Positions 58,411 through 63,035 of a stretch of 63,035 bases of DNA are shown piece by piece. This stretch comes from Bdellovibrionota bacterium. GTDB taxonomy: Bacteria > Bdellovibrionota_C > UBA2361 > OMII01. A model generated the notes under the pieces. It was not told the DNA's origin. It saw nothing but the letters and a program-made list of their open reading frames with translations, and searched no databases. The DNA lies in contig JBIKWQ010000008.1 in the NCBI GenBank assembly GCA_044356215.1, positions 1-63,035 of the forward strand. Reading direction: 5' to 3'. The stretch's first letter is position 1, and each line of letters begins with the position of its first letter. Made by a program: the position numbers and the translations under genes.

Positions 58411-59543
58411 AGGGCTATCAATGTCTGAGTTGTAAGAACAGCGACCGCTGTGCTGGTCAGGTCTGAGATGCTAGGTGATTTAAGGGAAGCTAGCAGAATG
58501 GCCTGTAATATAAATGGAATCGCTAACACAGCGCAGAGTCTCCAACTGCATGATAGTAAAAGACGCTGGACGAGAAAGTAAGAAATAACATGAAGCGCGA
58601 TCGCCGCGAGAGCTAACGCTAAGTTTGGAGTTACGTGGAGATATTTATCTCCCAGTAATAATGGAAAGAGGAACGGATGAACTATCCAGAGGATCGCCGC
58701 TAGACCAAAAGCTAGTGAGCTTAAGATCGTTAGGGTCTTGATCATAGAAACGCTCTCTTTAGCGGTGGCGACGTTTTCGCTATCCCGCTGCAGAGACGCG
58801 CTGTAAACGATCGTCAATGCTGGGCTCGCTAGTAACATAACGCTTCTGGCGTATGTCATCAGCGCCGCGTAATCGGCTGAGATATCGGTGAACAAAGCCT
58901 GAACGATCGGCTGATCGACGGAGAATGGGAGCGATAAGAGGAAGAACCCAATAATAAGCCTCCAGTTGGTGTCCCAGCTTGTCTCCCCGCTCTTCTTTAA
59001 GTGAACGGATAAGAGATATGGAGCGCACAGGACAGTAATTAGAAAATAGATAAGATATGAGATGGTGGCCCCAGTAAAGGCGGCTCCTACCGAGATTAAC
59101 GCGCCTAAGGTTACGACGCGCGCCACTCCCGCGACGCATAGCACTGCTCCCGAGGCGACCATCCGGTGTAGGCCATAGAGGATCCCAAGTACCCACGATT
59201 GCGCGACGAACGCCACTGGGATTAAGAGATAAATTAATAGAGCATCTAGACCGGATGTAACTATCGAAGCGCAGGCGCAGATGCTAATCACGATCGCCGC
59301 GCATACAGCTATGTAACTGCGTGACCTTAAAGCTAGGAGTTCTAAGCCGCGGTGGATCGACACTCGCTGCGCGATCTCGTTAATCATCGGATTTAAGGCC
59401 GCTGATATAATCGCCAAGGCGGCGGAGAGGGTAGCGAATCTGGCGAAATCACTTGGTGACGCTAGGTGAGCGACGATTACTCCGGCGATGATATTAAGCG
59501 CGTTAGCGCCCTGGGCAAGTCCCCAGGCTAAGAGCGACTGCAT
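58371..59543 (-). CDS. Wzx-like oligosaccharide flippase
   Basis: About 11-12 TM segments, 'LLLGDKY'; operonic with GT4. Confidence 0.6.
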   Translation of the reverse strand: MQSLLAWGLAQGANALNIIAGVIVAHLASPSDFARFATLSAALAIISAALNPMINEIAQRVSIHRGLELLALRSRSYIAVCAAIVISICACASIVTSGLDALLIYLLIPVAFVAQSWVLGILYGLHRMVASGAVLCVAGVARVVTLGALISVGAAFTGATISYLIYFLITVLCAPYLLSVHLKKSGETSWDTNWRLIIGFFLLSLPFSVDQPIVQALFTDISADYAALMTYARSVMLLASPALTIVYSASLQRDSENVATAKESVSMIKTLTILSSLAFGLAAILWIVHPFLFPLLLGDKYLHVTPNLALALAAIALHVISYFLVQRLLLSCSWRLCAVLAIPFILQAILLASLKSPSISDLTSTAVAVLTTQTLIALWATTRDHSRRKD

Positions 59544-59686
59544 AGGTGGGATACTATTACGTACAGCACTGTTACATGTAAATCCTATTTAGGGATTAAA
59601 CCCCGATAAACGTAAGCCATAGACGTCGATGAAATACGATTCTATACTCCCCACAAATCCTATGTAATGAGTCTTAATTTCAAACC

Positions 59687-60943
59687 ATGCAGCATTTCCA
59701 CTCGGTAAGTATCCTCGTCTCGATAGCGGCGTTCTGTGCTTGGTGTAATCACCGTTTTATTAAATTACCGGCGGCTATCGGGGTGATGGCGGTTAGTTTG
59801 ATCCTATCAATTGGTAGCATCTTTCTTGGAAGAGTGGGGCTTGTCGACACAACTAGGGTCGCTGATTTTGTTAATAGCTTTAATTTTCACGATCTAGTCC
59901 TTCACGCCATGCTCGGGCTGCTACTATTTGCTGGTGGTATGAGCGTTAATCTTCAGGAGCTCAAGACGCAGAAAGGCGTTGTGATGGCGCTCTCGAGTCT
60001 GGGGGTAGTTATAGGAGCTACGATCACGGGATCCGTATTTTGGTTGGGAGCCAAGTTAATCGGACTTGAGTTACCCTTTGTTTTCGCTCTTTTGCTGGGC
60101 GCGATAGTTTCGCCAACTGATGCCGTGGCGATCTTGGGAATCATGCGTAAGGTAGGTGTTCCTCGTAGCTTGGAATTAAAGCTAGTTGGGGAGTCCCTGT
60201 TTAATGATGGAATAGGTGTAGTTGTCTTTTTGGCTGTATCATCACTAGCTTTTGGTGGCGGGATGGGGGTTGGCGACGTTGTTACGACTCTCTTTGTTGA
60301 GGTGGTTGGTGGAGCCGCACTTGGATTGGGGCTTGGTTGGGCCGCTTATCAGGTTATTAAATCAGTCGACCAGTATGTGGTCGAGATCCTCGTTACTCTG
60401 GCTCTGGCAATGGGTGGATACTCTTTGGCGGAAGCTGTGCACGTTTCAGCTCCTATCTGTGTAGTTGTCGCGGGTTTGATTATCGGTAACCAGGGGCGTG
60501 AGCTAGCGATGTCACACGACACCCGGGAGCACTTGGATACCTTTTGGGAGTTAGTCGATGAGCTCTTAAACGTTGTGCTCTTTGTCTTAGTTGGATTGGA
60601 GGTTCTGATCCTTAACTTGTCAGGTCAACAGCTCTTGGCGGGTCTCGTAGCTGTGTGCGCGATGCTTATCAGCCGCTTTATCAGCGTAGGCTCAACTATC
60701 ACTATCATGCGACAGTTCCGCGATTTTAGCCCTCATGTGGTAAAGATATTAACCTGGGGCGGATTGCGAGGAGGTATCTCGGTGGCGTTAGCTCTCTCGT
60801 TGCCTGATAGCGAGACTCGTGATCTCTTAGTTGTCTGTACTTATGTAGCTGTGCTTTTCTCGGTTCTGGTGCAAGGTGTAACATTACCGGCGCTTTTACG
60901 TTATGCTACAAAAACCGAGCAAGCGCCCTGTAAAACTCACTAG
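59687..60943 (+). CDS. CPA1 Na+/H+ antiporter (NhaP-like)
   Basis: 'SPTDAVA', 'GESLFNDG', 'FWELVDE', 'WGGLRGGISVALALSLP'. Confidence 0.93.
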   Translation: MQHFHSVSILVSIAAFCAWCNHRFIKLPAAIGVMAVSLILSIGSIFLGRVGLVDTTRVADFVNSFNFHDLVLHAMLGLLLFAGGMSVNLQELKTQKGVVMALSSLGVVIGATITGSVFWLGAKLIGLELPFVFALLLGAIVSPTDAVAILGIMRKVGVPRSLELKLVGESLFNDGIGVVVFLAVSSLAFGGGMGVGDVVTTLFVEVVGGAALGLGLGWAAYQVIKSVDQYVVEILVTLALAMGGYSLAEAVHVSAPICVVVAGLIIGNQGRELAMSHDTREHLDTFWELVDELLNVVLFVLVGLEVLILNLSGQQLLAGLVAVCAMLISRFISVGSTITIMRQFRDFSPHVVKILTWGGLRGGISVALALSLPDSETRDLLVVCTYVAVLFSVLVQGVTLPALLRYATKTEQAPCKTH

Positions 60944-61102
60944 GCTTAAAGCTTTCGGGGCGCTCGATCGTCAAGCTTTAGAACTAAAATTCGGGAGGGG
61001 GGGATCGGTAAATTTTGTTTAGCATAAAACAAGCGGGTCTAGTATTACACCAAATAGCGCGCGGGGTAAAATAGGAGATACGGATGCTTGGCAAAACGGG
61101 GC

Positions 61103-62977
61103 TTACTCAAGGATAAATTTGAAGCCTCGACCAATATAGAAAGGTGTCCCAGGTCTGACGATAGTTGGCTTATCAAGTAAGTGATAAAATCCGGCGGAGT
61201 CGGGGATAAAACATGGGCAGTATGGGGTCTCGCCGATGGTGCCAGAGATTAATAGGTCTCCGCTAGATTGTCTCTCGATTTTAATCGCGTGATTGCCTAA
61301 ATCACTAAGGGCTTTATTTCTGTCTGAACGCTCGCTGTCTTCATTTTTTGATAGAGCAAAAACTAGTTCATCCGCGGTAGTTGGTTTCGGATCTCGACCG
61401 ATAACCAAGGCTTTTCCTACTGTGACCTGTTTCATCATTTCACTGAAGTTTTGTTGTTCCTCCGAAGTTTGAAATCCTTTAACGATTCTGATAGCGGGTG
61501 GTCGTTCTTCCCTGTAGCTATTCAGATAAAACTTTGATATGGACACACCCTGCTCGTAAAAGAATAGCGCTACGTCAGCTTCATGTGAAAAGCTAGATTT
61601 ATCTTCGGGGTGTGTGAGCAAGGCAGCTTTCCGAGATACCCCTCGCTGCAAATAGTCCTGTAAAGCGTGCGTATACTCCTCGGCAAATATGAGTGATATC
61701 TCCTTTGCCCATTTATCGAGAAGATTTTTTTCTTTTTCATTGCGCGGAGCTAATCCATCCTGAAGAACTCCAACACTCGGATATACCTTCTTCTCTAGGT
61801 GTAAAAACCAGGAGCAAGAGCCTACCAGCCGGACGTGTGTTCTGATTTCTTCTAGAGATATTCTAGAGAGCCAAAAATGATTATTCTCCTCAAAGCTATA
61901 GCCCAAAGTCTCAAGTATCCTCGAATCCCTGAAGTGCTCGAGAGAGTCTTTGTATCTTCCCTGTTTAATAAGATCTAGCCCGCTTGTTATGTGTTTCTCC
62001 AGCAGATTGGCCAGTAGCACATCACGTGGTTGCCCACCAAATGTCGCGTTAGGACGATCGAATTGCAGAGCTACTTCGGAGAAATCGCATTGGGAGTCCC
62101 GGTGATTGAAATCTATGAGAAGAGAATCGTTTGGCCGACTATATTGAGAAGCACATTCATCGACGAGTTTGGAGATTTGTTCTCCAGACATCGATAAATC
62201 TTTCATTTCCCCGTAGATTTCGTCGACTTGATGTAGAACATTCGTATTGGAGTACGGAAGCTTTACTATTCCGAGGTGTCCTAAGTTAATTTCGGCCCCC
62301 GAACTGAGCTCTTGCGGTGAGTTGAGTAGCGACTCATTGCGGCCTTCTTGATAGCGGAAGGAAAGCTCTTTTGTCGTTGGTATCCCTAGCTTCACATGAA
62401 GAACGTATTCTCCATCATTTGTATCGATCCAGCTAACAGTTAGGTGGACCCGACTTACTGAATTGACGCATCTAGCAATATTTATTCTTCCAAATGAACG
62501 CAGTTCACCAGGTCGAAATTCAAGCAGTGTTTTTTGAGCTGGATCGGGAGAGATGGGAGGATTGTTTCGGTCAGGCACCTTAATTTTAAGTTCAGACAGA
62601 TAGATTACTTGGCCACTTGAAAGAAATGAATCGTACTTAAGCTCAGTTAGGACTTGGCTATTCTTATCTACCACATATGTTAAATTACGCGGTGGAATTC
62701 CGGGAAATACTTCAAACGAGTCTTCCCCAAGTCTTTTAAAGGAAACGAGGGGTTCACTTTCTCCTTGAATAAAACGATTCTTTTCCGAAAATATTTGACC
62801 TTTGTCATCAATGAAAATAACCGCGTCTACAGCTAGATTTCTAAGAGCATCTGTAATGTGCTGAGCGATCTCTTTAGAGGCGCCAAGCCGAGATTGATTA
62901 TTAGTTATAGGGTAGATAGTCAAAAAATAAGCAACACCTGGATTAGATTTTGAATCTAGGTAGTTATGGAAAACCAA
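61103..62977 (-). CDS. orphan protein with FHA-like domains and an EExxH metallopeptidase-like motif
   Basis: 'FGR...SVSRVH' and 'VIGRDP' FHA-like; 'FAEEYTHALQ' followed by 'HEADVA'. Confidence 0.45.
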   Translation of the reverse strand: MVFHNYLDSKSNPGVAYFLTIYPITNNQSRLGASKEIAQHITDALRNLAVDAVIFIDDKGQIFSEKNRFIQGESEPLVSFKRLGEDSFEVFPGIPPRNLTYVVDKNSQVLTELKYDSFLSSGQVIYLSELKIKVPDRNNPPISPDPAQKTLLEFRPGELRSFGRINIARCVNSVSRVHLTVSWIDTNDGEYVLHVKLGIPTTKELSFRYQEGRNESLLNSPQELSSGAEINLGHLGIVKLPYSNTNVLHQVDEIYGEMKDLSMSGEQISKLVDECASQYSRPNDSLLIDFNHRDSQCDFSEVALQFDRPNATFGGQPRDVLLANLLEKHITSGLDLIKQGRYKDSLEHFRDSRILETLGYSFEENNHFWLSRISLEEIRTHVRLVGSCSWFLHLEKKVYPSVGVLQDGLAPRNEKEKNLLDKWAKEISLIFAEEYTHALQDYLQRGVSRKAALLTHPEDKSSFSHEADVALFFYEQGVSISKFYLNSYREERPPAIRIVKGFQTSEEQQNFSEMMKQVTVGKALVIGRDPKPTTADELVFALSKNEDSERSDRNKALSDLGNHAIKIERQSSGDLLISGTIGETPYCPCFIPDSAGFYHLLDKPTIVRPGTPFYIGRGFKFILE

Positions 62978-63035
62978 AGAAAGAGACGTAAGCTCAGTCT
63001 AATGACGCGTGAAACTATTTATTCGATGAGAAGGC

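Overview
Gene-dense bacterial chromosomal window (roughly 50% GC by eye). Gene content suggests a Gram-negative deltaproteobacteria/Bdellovibrionota-like lineage (inference only). Housekeeping and envelope genes include a U32 hydroxylase, pdxH, SURF1, a FabH-like pair, an O-antigen-ligase-like gene, M42 peptidase, lysS, a Gld-type ABC operon, PBP1A, cyclophilin, ilvA, fcl, GT4/flippase and NhaP. They are interleaved with two toxin-antitoxin-like pairs and several large orphan proteins. Most notable: (1) a 162-164 bp MITE family with 14-bp terminal inverted repeats and a 9-bp target duplication readable at three sites; it carries a 29-bp-arm CACAGAG palindrome, and one copy replaced a gene's C-terminus. 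(2) Two tandem arrays of a related ~125-bp hairpin unit. (3) An isolated TraF-like/TraH-position/TraG-like trio with no other conjugation genes, close to effector-like orphans including a putative Cys-His-Asn protease. (4) A catalytically dead plus active FabH pair, PqsBC-like. (5) A nucleotidyltransferase paired with a BrnA/CopG-like antitoxin. (6) A ~380-nt highly structured intergenic region. No rRNA, tRNA, CRISPR array, transposase or reverse transcriptase was recognised. All family calls are from motif recognition; no database searches were run.
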